64,000 nucleotides of DNA from contig CAVYXA010000004.1 of the NCBI GenBank assembly GCA_963772365.1, positions 37,761 through 101,760 of the forward strand, written 5' to 3'. Positions 18,488-27,604 of the stretch are shown piece by piece. The DNA comes from an uncultured Verrucomicrobiae bacterium. Its GTDB lineage: Bacteria; Verrucomicrobiota; Verrucomicrobiia; Chthoniobacterales; UBA10450. The position numbers were made by a program, and so were the translations under genes. The notes beneath the pieces are model-generated. The model did no database searches, had not been told where the DNA came from, and saw nothing but the letters and a program-made list of their open reading frames with translations. Numbering within the stretch: position 1 is the stretch's first letter; each line of letters starts with the position of its first letter.

Positions 18488-19930
18488 TTATGGGCCTTGA
18501 GGAATCCGAGCGACCGGCGTGGGCGATGAACTAATCGTCGGACTTTCCGACACGGTCGGGCTCGGGGTGGGAGAAGCGACTGGAAAAGCGAATGTCGCTT
18601 CCGGTACAGGCGAAACGCTGGCCTCAGCGGGCGGCGATGTCGATGCTCCGCTCGCGACAGGTGTCGGAGTTGCACCGGGACTCGCCGTCGGTGCTGGAGT
18701 CGGCGAAGGCGATGGCAAAAGGATATTTTCCCATTGATGCAATGGCACGGTCGCCCCACCGACCTCATTCACCAACGTTTCGCAACGGGCGCGGATCTTG
18801 TCCAAAACCGGCGGACCCCATGGCTTGTCCGACGTTCCTGGAAAAACCAGATACGTCACTTTGAGATCGCTCACGGGCCGGCTATAAGCCGTAGCGGCAG
18901 GATTGATTTCCTTGGCAATCCGCAACGAAGCTTCGCCGACCCGATCATTCGGGCCGATATCGCCAACGAGCGTTGGATAAATGGCGTCTCCGAAAATGAC
19001 CAAGGCGTAATCACCGACCTTCAAACCATCGGGCCCGCGGGCGAATGCTGCCGGCACAACAATGTAAGGATCGGTCACACCGATGAGAAAACTGAATTTC
19101 TTAAGCGTGAAAATCTCGGCATGCAGTTCCGCAATCAGCGAACGCAATTCACGTTTGCGTTCTACCGTTGTGGCCGGCGAAGCAAACTCATCCTCGGCCT
19201 GTTTCAAACGCGCCTCTGTCGGCGCCAGATAGGGATTGGGCACGGATGTTTTCTTAGACCACTTGTAGCTTGTGAAAGGCTTGAAGTTGGTCGGAGCACC
19301 CGCGCTGGCCGGCATCCTGTCGCCATCGGAGCCGTCTGCATCGACATCCATGTCCGCCTGAATCAGAACGGCCCGGCGATGGCTCTCCGGATGGCGCAAT
19401 TGCAGAACAGTCTGGCAATCGAAAAAATTGTGGCGTGAGAGCAACAGATCGAGGCGGACCAATTTTTCGCGCAGAACTTTAATTTTGGTCTCGTAAAGCT
19501 CGGCGAAAAGAGGCGAGACCGATTCCGGCGTCACCATTTTGCTCAAGCCGGGCAGAAGGGCGGGCAATTGCGGGCTCACTTTCGACAGGTCATCGATCGT
19601 TTTATTCGCTACCGGCAGACGTGCCTTCAATTGAAGATCGACGATGTAACTTTCCAGATCGTTCCGCTCTGTCGTTGCATCCGCTCCGGGAAGAGTCTCA
19701 ACTTTGGAATGTAGAGTGAGGCCGTTGAATATTTTGTTCGTATCGAGCTTGCCGGTGATGATCGGCGGACGCGTCGGACTTGGCGTAGGCGTCGGAGTCA
19801 CCATTAATTCAGGGCCGAAGTGGACCAAACGCTCCAGCGAAATCCAGCTGTAGATAATTGCGACGAAAATCGCCAAAGCCAGAACCAGCACCACCCGCCC
19901 CAGCCATGTCCTGACGCGCAATTTTGCCAC
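18488..19930 (-). CDS. Membrane-anchored protein with a GH75 (chitosanase-like) domain and a Pro/Thr/Ser-rich tail
   Basis: N-terminal TM helix. The central blocks DMDVDADGSDGD, DPYIVVP and VGDIGPNDRVGEASLRIAKEI resemble, from memory, fungal GH75 motifs (DxDxDCDG, PYVV, GDxxxxxxxGEASIxLA). The C-terminus is PT/S-rich low complexity. Confidence 0.45.
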   Translation of the reverse strand: MAKLRVRTWLGRVVLVLALAIFVAIIYSWISLERLVHFGPELMVTPTPTPSPTRPPIITGKLDTNKIFNGLTLHSKVETLPGADATTERNDLESYIVDLQLKARLPVANKTIDDLSKVSPQLPALLPGLSKMVTPESVSPLFAELYETKIKVLREKLVRLDLLLSRHNFFDCQTVLQLRHPESHRRAVLIQADMDVDADGSDGDRMPASAGAPTNFKPFTSYKWSKKTSVPNPYLAPTEARLKQAEDEFASPATTVERKRELRSLIAELHAEIFTLKKFSFLIGVTDPYIVVPAAFARGPDGLKVGDYALVIFGDAIYPTLVGDIGPNDRVGEASLRIAKEINPAATAYSRPVSDLKVTYLVFPGTSDKPWGPPVLDKIRARCETLVNEVGGATVPLHQWENILLPSPSPTPAPTASPGATPTPVASGASTSPPAEASVSPVPEATFAFPVASPTPSPTVSESPTISSSPTPVARIPQGP

Positions 19931-19939
19931 TGGGTGCGG

Positions 19940-20257
19940 TTACTTTTTCACCCAGGCTACGATTCCTACAATGATGCCGATCACGCTCAGGATCGACATC
20001 ATCCCAGCCGGCATTGCTTTGCCGGTACTGATGAATTTGGGAACGAATTGCGCAGCCAGAACGAAGGAAATAATCAAGACAATCGCCAGCCCGGCAACCG
20101 TATGTTCCGGCAAAAGCCAGGCGCCGACGAGCAGCAGAATCCCAGTGATCGAGCCGGCGATGATCGAAGCCGTGCTGCCGGCCTTGATGTAGCCAATGAT
20201 GCCGCCGGCAATTGTGAGAACGCCGAAAACGATGAAGTAGATCCTGGGTCCGAACAT
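19940..20257 (-). CDS. TMEM14/UPF0136-like small membrane protein
   Basis: 105 aa with four hydrophobic helices and the IAGGIIGYIKAGSTASIIAG motif. Confidence 0.5.
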   Translation of the reverse strand: MFGPRIYFIVFGVLTIAGGIIGYIKAGSTASIIAGSITGILLLVGAWLLPEHTVAGLAIVLIISFVLAAQFVPKFISTGKAMPAGMMSILSVIGIIVGIVAWVKK

Positions 20258-20392
20258 TGAGGAATTCAGTAACCTAACGCTCCGGTCCTGTCCAGCGGGG
20301 CAAGAGCGGCTTACCTGATTTACGCCCAGGGTTGAGCGACATTCGAATTCCGAAGAGCGTGCGCTCCACGGAAATCGCGGCTAGGCTTTTTC

Positions 20393-21757
20393 GTGCACGC
20401 GTTTCATTACCGCGATGGCAAACTTCACGGCGAAGATGTCGATCTTACCTGCGTGGCCGAGCAGTTCGGGACGCCGCTGTATGTATATAGCGCGAGCACA
20501 ATTCTGGATCATTACCAACGCCTCGATACCGCTTTGGCTCCGCTCGATCACTTGATTTGTTACGCGGTCAAGGCCAACTCGAACGGCGCGATCTTAAAAT
20601 TGCTGGGCGATGCCGGCGCGGGGTTCGACATCGTTTCCGGCGGCGAACTCTTCCGCGTGCTCAAAACCGGCGGTGATCCAGCCAAATGTACATTCGCAGG
20701 TGTCGGCAAATCGCGCGCCGAAATCGAGTACACGCTCGACCAGGGCGTTTACAGTTTCAATGTCGAAAGCGAAGCCGAGCTGGAATGCATCGACCAAATC
20801 GCGGCCGAAAAAAAAGTGCAGGCGCCGATCGCATTGCGCGTCAATCCCGATGTCGATCCTAAGACACATCATTACATTTCGACCGGGTCGCACGAGAACA
20901 AGTTCGGAATTTCGCTCGATCGGGTCGAAGCGATCTACAATCGCGCCGCGAAGATGGACAACATCGACATTGTCGGAGTCCAAATGCACATCGGCTCCCA
21001 GATTACTGAGGCGAAACCGTTTGCCGAAGCGATCGGGAAAGTTGCCGGAATCGTGCGCCAGCTGAAATCGAAACACGCCATCAAGTTTTTCAGCATCGGC
21101 GGCGGCATGGGAATCATTTATCGCCGCGCATTAGAGAGCGGCTCGGGCCAATGGTGGCACAAGCATGGTCCCGCATGCGCGGGATCCGCATTCAGCATCC
21201 GCGATTATGCCGATGCCATCGTGCCGTCGCTGCGTAAACTCAATGTCCGGATCCTGGTTGAGCCGGGCCGGTTTCTGGTTGGAAATGCCGGCGTTCTTCT
21301 CACCCGGGTTTGTTACGTCAAACAGACCGGCCAAAAGAAATTTGCGGTTGTCGATGCTGGAATGAACGATCTCATCCGGCCGGCCCTATACCAGAGTTAT
21401 CACGAGATCGTGCCCGTTAAAGAGTGTGGCAACACCCTAACCTCAATCCTCTCCCTGGAAGGGAGAGGCGGACGCGAAGCGCGGGGTGAGGGTCGAGCCA
21501 CACCGACCGAGAAGATCGACATTGTCGGACCGGTCTGTGAATCAGGAGATTTTTTCGCACTCGACCGGGAGATGCCGCCGCTGCGTCAGGGCGACCTGCT
21601 CGCCATCATGAGCGCCGGCGCATATGGATTCACGATGGCCTCGAATTATAATTCGCGTCCCTTCCCCGCCGAAGCGCTGATTCGCGGGGACCAGTCCAGA
21701 CTAATTCGTGAGCGACAAACGTGGAGCGATCTGGTGCGCGGTGAGATCGACAATTAG
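20393..21757 (+). CDS. lysA: Diaminopimelate decarboxylase, carrying a 20-codon repeat-derived insertion
   Basis: GTG start. It has the PLP lysine block (ICYAVKANSN), GGGMGI, EPGRFLVGNAG and CESGD motifs. An extra LTSILSLEGRGGREARGEG segment is encoded by the Family B element. Confidence 0.9.
   Translation: MHAFHYRDGKLHGEDVDLTCVAEQFGTPLYVYSASTILDHYQRLDTALAPLDHLICYAVKANSNGAILKLLGDAGAGFDIVSGGELFRVLKTGGDPAKCTFAGVGKSRAEIEYTLDQGVYSFNVESEAELECIDQIAAEKKVQAPIALRVNPDVDPKTHHYISTGSHENKFGISLDRVEAIYNRAAKMDNIDIVGVQMHIGSQITEAKPFAEAIGKVAGIVRQLKSKHAIKFFSIGGGMGIIYRRALESGSGQWWHKHGPACAGSAFSIRDYADAIVPSLRKLNVRILVEPGRFLVGNAGVLLTRVCYVKQTGQKKFAVVDAGMNDLIRPALYQSYHEIVPVKECGNTLTSILSLEGRGGREARGEGRATPTEKIDIVGPVCESGDFFALDREMPPLRQGDLLAIMSAGAYGFTMASNYNSRPFPAEALIRGDQSRLIRERQTWSDLVRGEIDN
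21434..21493. repeat. Family B 60-nt nested palindrome, in-frame inside lysA
   Basis: ACCCTAACCTCAATCCTCTCCCTGGAAGGGAGAGGCGGACGCGAAGCGCGGGGTGAGGGT is exactly 60 nt (20 codons) and about 90 percent identical to 3577..3636. It is flanked by the 7-bp inverted GTGTGGC/GCCACAC. Confidence 0.8.
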
Positions 21758-21789
21758 GTCTTACAATCTTGCCCGGATGGCACGATCCG

Positions 21790-22530
21790 TTACGGAGCCT
21801 CCAAACTCCAACCTGACGGAAGCGTTGGACCGTAGGCGCCACCGATGTAGGCACTGTTGTTCAGATACCAGATCGCTGTCCGGCGGGTGCTGGTATTCTG
21901 CAACAAATAATCAGGCTTTTCGTCCGAGTTAAAATCGGCCACGCCGACCAATTCATAGCCACTCGCAATCGTTGGCCCATAGACGCCCCTGAGAAACGTA
22001 ACCCCGGAGAAATACCAGATCGCTGTCTGACGCGTGCCGCGGTTGAAGAACGCTACATCCACCGAGCCGTCCCCATCGAAGTCCGCTATACCAGCCTTTC
22101 TCCAGCCAACCGGAATAGTGGGCCCGTATGTGCCCCCGATGTAAACGTTGTTGTTCAGGTACCACACCGCCGATCGGCGCGTGCTCGCATTGAAAAGCAC
22201 GTAATCAGGTTTTCCGTCGCCATTAAAATCGCCGACAGCGACCAAGGCCCATCCGCTCGGGAGACTGGGCCCGTAAGCGCCGCTGATGTAAACGTTATTG
22301 TTGAGGTACCAGATCGCCGTCTGGCGTGTGCTGGGGTTGAACAGGGCGTGATCCGGGTGGCCGTCGCGATTGAAATCGGCTACATCGATTACGCTCCAGC
22401 CAACCGGCAGAGTCGGAGCATAAGCCCCGCCGATATAAACGTTGTTATTCAAATACCACACTGCCGTCTGGCGCGTGCTTCCGTCATAGAGCAAGTAATC
22501 TGGGTGGCCGTCACCGTTGAAATCGTAGGT
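21790..22530 (-). repeat. Tandem ~144-nt coding repeats (five FG-GAP-like units)
   Basis: The peptide periodicity is read directly from the translation of 21790..23841. The boundary is approximate. Confidence 0.75.
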
Positions 22531-23841
22531 TGCTTGCGAGGGAGGCGTGGAGCCGAATTCGAAGGCGCCCATGTCCACGATGCCGTTCGCGATACGGCGG
22601 TTGCCATCCAGGTCGGTGCCTGTGGTCATCCAGGTCTGATTGGTTCCTGTGTCAATGCACGGCGAGCCGCTACCAAGATGGTACCCGGTCGCAAAACCGG
22701 GGTCAGAAGCGATGTTGCCGGCGCCGGGAGGCAGGGGAGTTGAGTCGCAGTGGTCAAACGTCGCTGCCCCATACGGGTTGAGGTAATAGTTAGGATCAGT
22801 GGCGGCAGTGTTACCATAGATGATTGTGTTCCGAATCTGACTGCCATAGGCGAGACCTCCTCCGTTGGAGAAATTGCCATAAAGTGTGTTGCCAGAGACG
22901 GTGCTGGACTCCAGAATCCCGCCGCTGTTGAAATACACGCCGCCGCCCACCGCCCAGTTGGCGCCTCCGGGGTCGGTATGGGCGTTGTTGCCGGTGATGA
23001 GACAGTTTCGAACAAGACCATCCACGTTCGCCGTCATGTAAACTCCGCCGCCGTTGGCATACCAATGTCCATAGGCCGTGTTGCCGCTGATCGTGCAGTT
23101 TTGCACTGAGCCGTTGTTGGCGTTGATCCCGGCGCCGTTCGCGTAATAGCCGGTCAGGGTGTTGTTGGTGACGGTGGAGTGGTCAATCTGACTTTCATCA
23201 ATAGCATAGATGCCGCCACCCTCGGCGAACGCCCCATACTGGTAGCTATTTGTGGATGTGACGGTATTCCCGCTGATCATACAGTGAGAAACGGTTCCTC
23301 CGTTACAATAGACACCGCCACCCTTTGGTGCATCACCTACCGCCTGATTGTTGGTGATCACGCAGTTCGTTAGGGTGCCGCCAACACAGTAAACGCCGGC
23401 GCCAAGCTCCGCCGTTCCATTGGCAATCGTCAGGCGGGAAATGGTGGCGGTACTGGAAGTGATATTGAAAATGCGGAAAGGCATCACGGAGTTGCGCTGC
23501 ACGGTCAACAGATTTACGCCGGGGCCATTGATCGTCAGGTGTTTGTTAATTAACAACTCACCACTCGTGAGGTTAATCATGGTAACACCAGCAGCGAAGT
23601 TAATCACATCGCCGGACGCCGCATTAAGGATCGCCTGCCGCAGTGATCCCGCGCCGCTGTCGTTACCATTGGTAACAGTAAGAGTTGCCGCCGGCGCATC
23701 GGTCGCATTTAATAGGAGGGCGGAGATCACGCAAGCCAGATAAGAACACCAGTGCGTCGGCAAATACCGGTTATGACAAGGGGTTGTTAACATGATCTTT
23801 TTCATATTTTTTCCAAAGATTGATTGTGGGGCGAGAAGCAA
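21790..23841 (-). CDS. Secreted parallel beta-helix protein with C-terminal FG-GAP/VCBS-like repeats
   Basis: The N-terminal half has repeated GGG(V/I)Y..N/T..I.GN turns (GAGVYC, GGGVYC, GGGIYA, GGGVYM, GGGVYF) typical of right-handed beta-helix repeats. The C-terminal half has five ~48-aa DFNGDGxPDY...TRxTAIWYLNNNVYIGGAYGPTLPxGW repeats. The likely start is the internal MKKIML at 23805. Confidence 0.7.
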   Translation of the reverse strand: MLLAPQSIFGKNMKKIMLTTPCHNRYLPTHWCSYLACVISALLLNATDAPAATLTVTNGNDSGAGSLRQAILNAASGDVINFAAGVTMINLTSGELLINKHLTINGPGVNLLTVQRNSVMPFRIFNITSSTATISRLTIANGTAELGAGVYCVGGTLTNCVITNNQAVGDAPKGGGVYCNGGTVSHCMISGNTVTSTNSYQYGAFAEGGGIYAIDESQIDHSTVTNNTLTGYYANGAGINANNGSVQNCTISGNTAYGHWYANGGGVYMTANVDGLVRNCLITGNNAHTDPGGANWAVGGGVYFNSGGILESSTVSGNTLYGNFSNGGGLAYGSQIRNTIIYGNTAATDPNYYLNPYGAATFDHCDSTPLPPGAGNIASDPGFATGYHLGSGSPCIDTGTNQTWMTTGTDLDGNRRIANGIVDMGAFEFGSTPPSQATYDFNGDGHPDYLLYDGSTRQTAVWYLNNNVYIGGAYAPTLPVGWSVIDVADFNRDGHPDHALFNPSTRQTAIWYLNNNVYISGAYGPSLPSGWALVAVGDFNGDGKPDYVLFNASTRRSAVWYLNNNVYIGGTYGPTIPVGWRKAGIADFDGDGSVDVAFFNRGTRQTAIWYFSGVTFLRGVYGPTIASGYELVGVADFNSDEKPDYLLQNTSTRRTAIWYLNNSAYIGGAYGPTLPSGWSLEAP

Positions 23842-23959
23842 TTTGATCTTGGGGGAGGCACTTGTGGATATTCTCGCTGGAATGGAACGGCCTTTTTACG
23901 CACTTTCCGCCAGAAACGCAAGAAAAAAATTCTAGGATCGAGCCAGGCCGAATGGTGTT

Positions 23960-24300
23960 TGCCAATCGCGCAGGAAGCGTTTGTCCGTAGGCACCGCCAA
24001 TAAAGACGTTGTTGTTCAATACCAAATCGCCAGCTGGCGCGTGCTGGTATTAAACGGGGCATAATCGGACTTGCCGTCGCGGTTAAAGTCCGCTGTGCCA
24101 GTCAAGATTTAACCGGTGGCGATGGTTGGGCCATAGACGCCGCCGACAAACACATTGTTATTCAAATACCAGATCGCGGATTGGCGAGTCGCAGCGTTGA
24201 AGAGCAGGTAATCGGTTTTGCCGTCGCCGTTGAAATCGCCGACAGCCACCAATTCCCCAGCCGCTGGGCAGCGTTGGGCCGTATGCGCCGGCATCGGGAA
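23960..24300 (-). pseudogene. Decayed 3' fragment of a paralogous FG-GAP repeat gene
   Basis: The minus strand reads DAGAYGPTLPSGW, then a frameshift, then ELVAVGDFNGDGKTDYLLFNAATRQSAIWYLNNNVFVGGVYGPTIATG. An in-frame TAA stop follows, then ILTGTADFNRDGKSDYAPFNTSTRQLAIWYLNNNVFIGGAYGQTLPA. That is two repeat units with no N-terminal domain and no start. Confidence 0.65.
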
Positions 24301-24758
24301 ATGTCCCACCGGGTTGTCCGCGACGCGTCCACGTTGGTGGACTTTGAGGTAAGTGGAATCAATCTCGCTCATCACCACCGACGCTGGCTTGGGCTAAAGC
24401 TTGACCGGGCCACCATTGTCGATCGGGCTGCTGGCAGAGTTTTGCTCCACGGAGCACGTACCGCCAAATCAACCGCCCACTCAATCGCACCCGCAGCCAG
24501 CGTGGAAGTTCCCGCGCCGCCGGCCGGTAATTGCCTGAGCCGCGCTCGTAGAAAACCCCCAATCGAACAGGTCTCAGAAATCATCCATCAGCTCACGGAC
24601 AAGGCGTGGCGCGGGTCGGAGTCATCGTCAGCAAATTGGAAAAGCAGCTTCGCAAAAGAGCGCGATATTCTCTCGGCGTCCGGCAACCAAGCGGCCAGTG
24701 CTCTTGGGCTTTTCGTAAGCGCGGTCCACTCTTGCGCGATTCGTGTCCCGCATAAATA

Positions 24759-25469
24759 GTGCTTCTGCCTAAATCGATGAAACGATTGGTCCTGATTTTT
24801 TTACTGCTCCTACTGGCTCAGTCGTCACAGGCCCGCACGACCGAACGCGAGTGGATCATCCTCGTAGGTGGTCCATCGCTTTACCAATGGGAGAAATACA
24901 AGGCCTATCCGCATGATCATTGGTGGGCCAATTTTGTGCGGGCAGCCCGGATCCGCACCGAACAATTGCGGGCCGTGGGGACGAACGCGAAGATTACCTG
25001 GCTGGTTTACAAGCAGGGCTATATCTCCCGTGGCAAACAGGACCATCAGGATTTGCTCAGCTACATCGATTCCGTGCGCGACAAATACAATCTCAAGCTC
25101 GTTTATTTTCAAACCGGTGCCGATGTTATCAATTACCTAAACAACGGCCAACCGCGCGATCGGGTGAAAGTGGCCGGGTTCGAATATTTCGGTCACTCGA
25201 ACAAGGCCTGTTTCATGTTCGATTACAGCAACAATCTCGACAGCGCTTCAAAAGCTTGGCTGCACGAAAATGATTTGGTGAAAATCGATCGCCACATTTT
25301 TGCGCACCCGACCTATGCCCGAAGCTGGGGTTGTCATACTGGCGAAAGCATGTCGCGAAAATGGTACAACGCGACCGGTACGCATATGTTCGGCGCAATC
25401 GGCAAGACACAGTTCATGATGGAAGAATTGCCGATTCTCACTTCAGCCAACGGCAGGTGGGTCAATTAG
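24759..25469 (+). CDS. Hypothetical secreted protein
   Basis: 236 aa with a signal peptide (LVLIFLLLLLAQSSQA). I recognise no family. It contains FEYFGHSNKACF and SWGCHTGES segments. Confidence 0.5.
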   Translation: MLLPKSMKRLVLIFLLLLLAQSSQARTTEREWIILVGGPSLYQWEKYKAYPHDHWWANFVRAARIRTEQLRAVGTNAKITWLVYKQGYISRGKQDHQDLLSYIDSVRDKYNLKLVYFQTGADVINYLNNGQPRDRVKVAGFEYFGHSNKACFMFDYSNNLDSASKAWLHENDLVKIDRHIFAHPTYARSWGCHTGESMSRKWYNATGTHMFGAIGKTQFMMEELPILTSANGRWVN

Positions 25470-25543
25470 GAATCATCACGAATACTTGGCCAAAATAGAA
25501 TCCAATGTGCTAGACTGAAACAGGGCTGTCCTCTTTTCTCCTT

Positions 25544-27532
25544 ATGAAACACACGTTTTTTCTTCACGCGCTCGTTGTCCTGTTTGGGATCAATTCTTCG
25601 CTCCATGCAGCGGTTAACGTCACGCAGGAGCACAACAACCTCTCGCGCGACGGCGTTTACGTCGATGCGGCCTTTACTGCATCCGCGGCCGCCAATCTGA
25701 CCCGCGACCTCAACTTCAACGGGGCGATCTCGGGCAATATGCTTTCCCAACCGCTCTACATTGAAGGCGGCCCAAATGGACCGATGGTGATTGCCGCGAC
25801 GGAATCGAACAACGTCTACGCGCTGAATGCGATTACCGGCAGCATCATTTGGCAGCGTAACCTCGGTAACCCGGCGACGAGCGGTTTGCCGTGCGGCAAC
25901 ATCAATCCCCTCGGAATCAGCGATACGCCGGCTGTCGATCTTCCGTCCCGCGCGCTCTTTCTGGACGCCATGGTCGATACCGGAACTGCCAAGAAGCATC
26001 TTATTTTCTCACTGAATGTAGACACGGGCGCGACCAATCCCGGTTGGCCAGTGGATGTGAGTGCCGCGTTTCCATCATTTGATTCTCCCCATCACAACAA
26101 TCGCGGCGCGCTCGCTGTAGTGAACGGTATCATCTACGTGCCATACTCGGGGCACTTCGGAGATTGCACTCCATACCGGGGTTGGGTCGTTGGCGTGCAG
26201 ATCGACAATCCCTCGGCTGTCTTGGCTTGGTCCACGAGCGCAAACGGTGGCGGAATCTGGGGGCATTCCGGCGTAGCCAGCGACGGCACGAATATGTTCG
26301 TCATTACCGGCAACACGATCGGCACCGGCGGAACTTATAGCCAGGGCGAATCAATCATCCGGTTACAAGCCGGGCCGGTCTTCAACAACAACACCCAGAA
26401 TTATTGGGCCCCCACTAATTGGTTCTCTCTCGACAATTCCGACTCCGATCTCGGTGGTTGCAGCGCCATGCTCCTCGATGTCCCCGGTGCGACGCCTTCC
26501 CAACTCGTCCTGGCTTTGGGCAAAGATCGTAACGCGTATCTGGTGGATCGCAATAATCTTGGCGGAATCACTTCGGCCATCGCGTCGATGAACGTCTCCA
26601 GTTCCACACTCCGCGGACAGTCTTCCTGCACCTATCACACGAGCATGGGGACATATTTCACTTTCCGCGCCGGGACAAGCAACACCCTGGTCGCTTATCG
26701 GGTCAACCCCGGCAGCCCTCCCACCATGAGCAGCGCCTGGCTGGTGACACAATCCGGTGAAGGTTCGCCGTTCGTCACTTCCACTGACGGTACGAACAAT
26801 TTCATTGTCTGGGCATGTGGCGCCGGCGGTTCGCAGCGATTGAACGGTTACAACGCCGATACCGGCGCGCTGGTTTTTGCTGGCGGCGGATCGAACGAAT
26901 TGATGAGTGGCACCCGGAAATGGAACACCGGAATCGCCGCACGTGGCCGCATTTATTATCCCGCCGACAATCGCATCTACGCCTTCAAACTGCCGGTGCC
27001 CGAGCTTCAAGTTGCTTCTGCCGTTTCACGCAAAACGCACGGCGCCGCGGGCGATTTCGATATTGAGCTTCCGCTTTCCGGCCCTCCCGGCGTCGAATGT
27101 CGCATCGGCGGCGCGACTAACGATTACCAGTTTGTCTTCACGTTCAGCAACAATGTCGAAAGCGGGAATGCTACCGTGACCAGCGGAACCGGCACAGTGT
27201 CCGGCTCACCGACATTTTCCGGAAACACCATGACCGTGAATTTGACCGGCGTGACCGACATGCAAACGATTACAGTCACTCTGAGCGGCGTAACCGATCA
27301 GTTCCTCCAGGTCTTGCCCGACACACCCGTGAGCGCAAACATGTTGATCGCCGATACCAACGGCAATGGAACCGTAAACTCCTCAGATGTCGCCCAGACC
27401 AAGGGGCAGGTTGGCCAGACGGTGACCAGCGGCAATTTCCGCACCGACGTCAACGCCAACGGTAAAATCAACTCAACTGATGCAGCGATCGTAAAATCGC
27501 ACTCGGGCGGCGCGGTCCGGGCACGGATGTAA
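25544..27532 (+). CDS. Secreted PQQ-like/BamB-like beta-propeller protein with a C-terminal SRKxHG + dockerin-like module
   Basis: Signal peptide, then propeller-type repeats (ESNNVYALNAITGSIIWQRNLG, NGYNADTGALVF, RIYYPADNRIYAF). The last ~169 aa are shared with the gene at 36327..38345 and contain two DxNxNGxxNxxD loops. Confidence 0.65.
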   Translation: MKHTFFLHALVVLFGINSSLHAAVNVTQEHNNLSRDGVYVDAAFTASAAANLTRDLNFNGAISGNMLSQPLYIEGGPNGPMVIAATESNNVYALNAITGSIIWQRNLGNPATSGLPCGNINPLGISDTPAVDLPSRALFLDAMVDTGTAKKHLIFSLNVDTGATNPGWPVDVSAAFPSFDSPHHNNRGALAVVNGIIYVPYSGHFGDCTPYRGWVVGVQIDNPSAVLAWSTSANGGGIWGHSGVASDGTNMFVITGNTIGTGGTYSQGESIIRLQAGPVFNNNTQNYWAPTNWFSLDNSDSDLGGCSAMLLDVPGATPSQLVLALGKDRNAYLVDRNNLGGITSAIASMNVSSSTLRGQSSCTYHTSMGTYFTFRAGTSNTLVAYRVNPGSPPTMSSAWLVTQSGEGSPFVTSTDGTNNFIVWACGAGGSQRLNGYNADTGALVFAGGGSNELMSGTRKWNTGIAARGRIYYPADNRIYAFKLPVPELQVASAVSRKTHGAAGDFDIELPLSGPPGVECRIGGATNDYQFVFTFSNNVESGNATVTSGTGTVSGSPTFSGNTMTVNLTGVTDMQTITVTLSGVTDQFLQVLPDTPVSANMLIADTNGNGTVNSSDVAQTKGQVGQTVTSGNFRTDVNANGKINSTDAAIVKSHSGGAVRARM

Positions 27533-27604
27533 TCTTTTTTGCCCGTCGGTTGTTCGCCAGGCGTTAGATTGCTTTGCGAAATCCTTTGACGTAAAATTGA
27601 CGCT

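Noticed and set aside
20258-20392. Possible lysine riboswitch in front of lysA
   Set aside because: The spacer is only 135 nt and is shared with a divergent gene. I could not find the conserved L-box core segments.
21778-21793. TGGCACGATCCGTTAC, resembling a -24 sigma-54 element
   Set aside because: There is no TTGC at the required distance. It also sits between two convergent gene ends, where a promoter makes no sense.
24181-24759. 192-aa plus-strand ORF in the 900-nt gap
   Set aside because: It is antisense to the FG-GAP pseudogene remnant and has a featureless Ala/Arg-rich translation.
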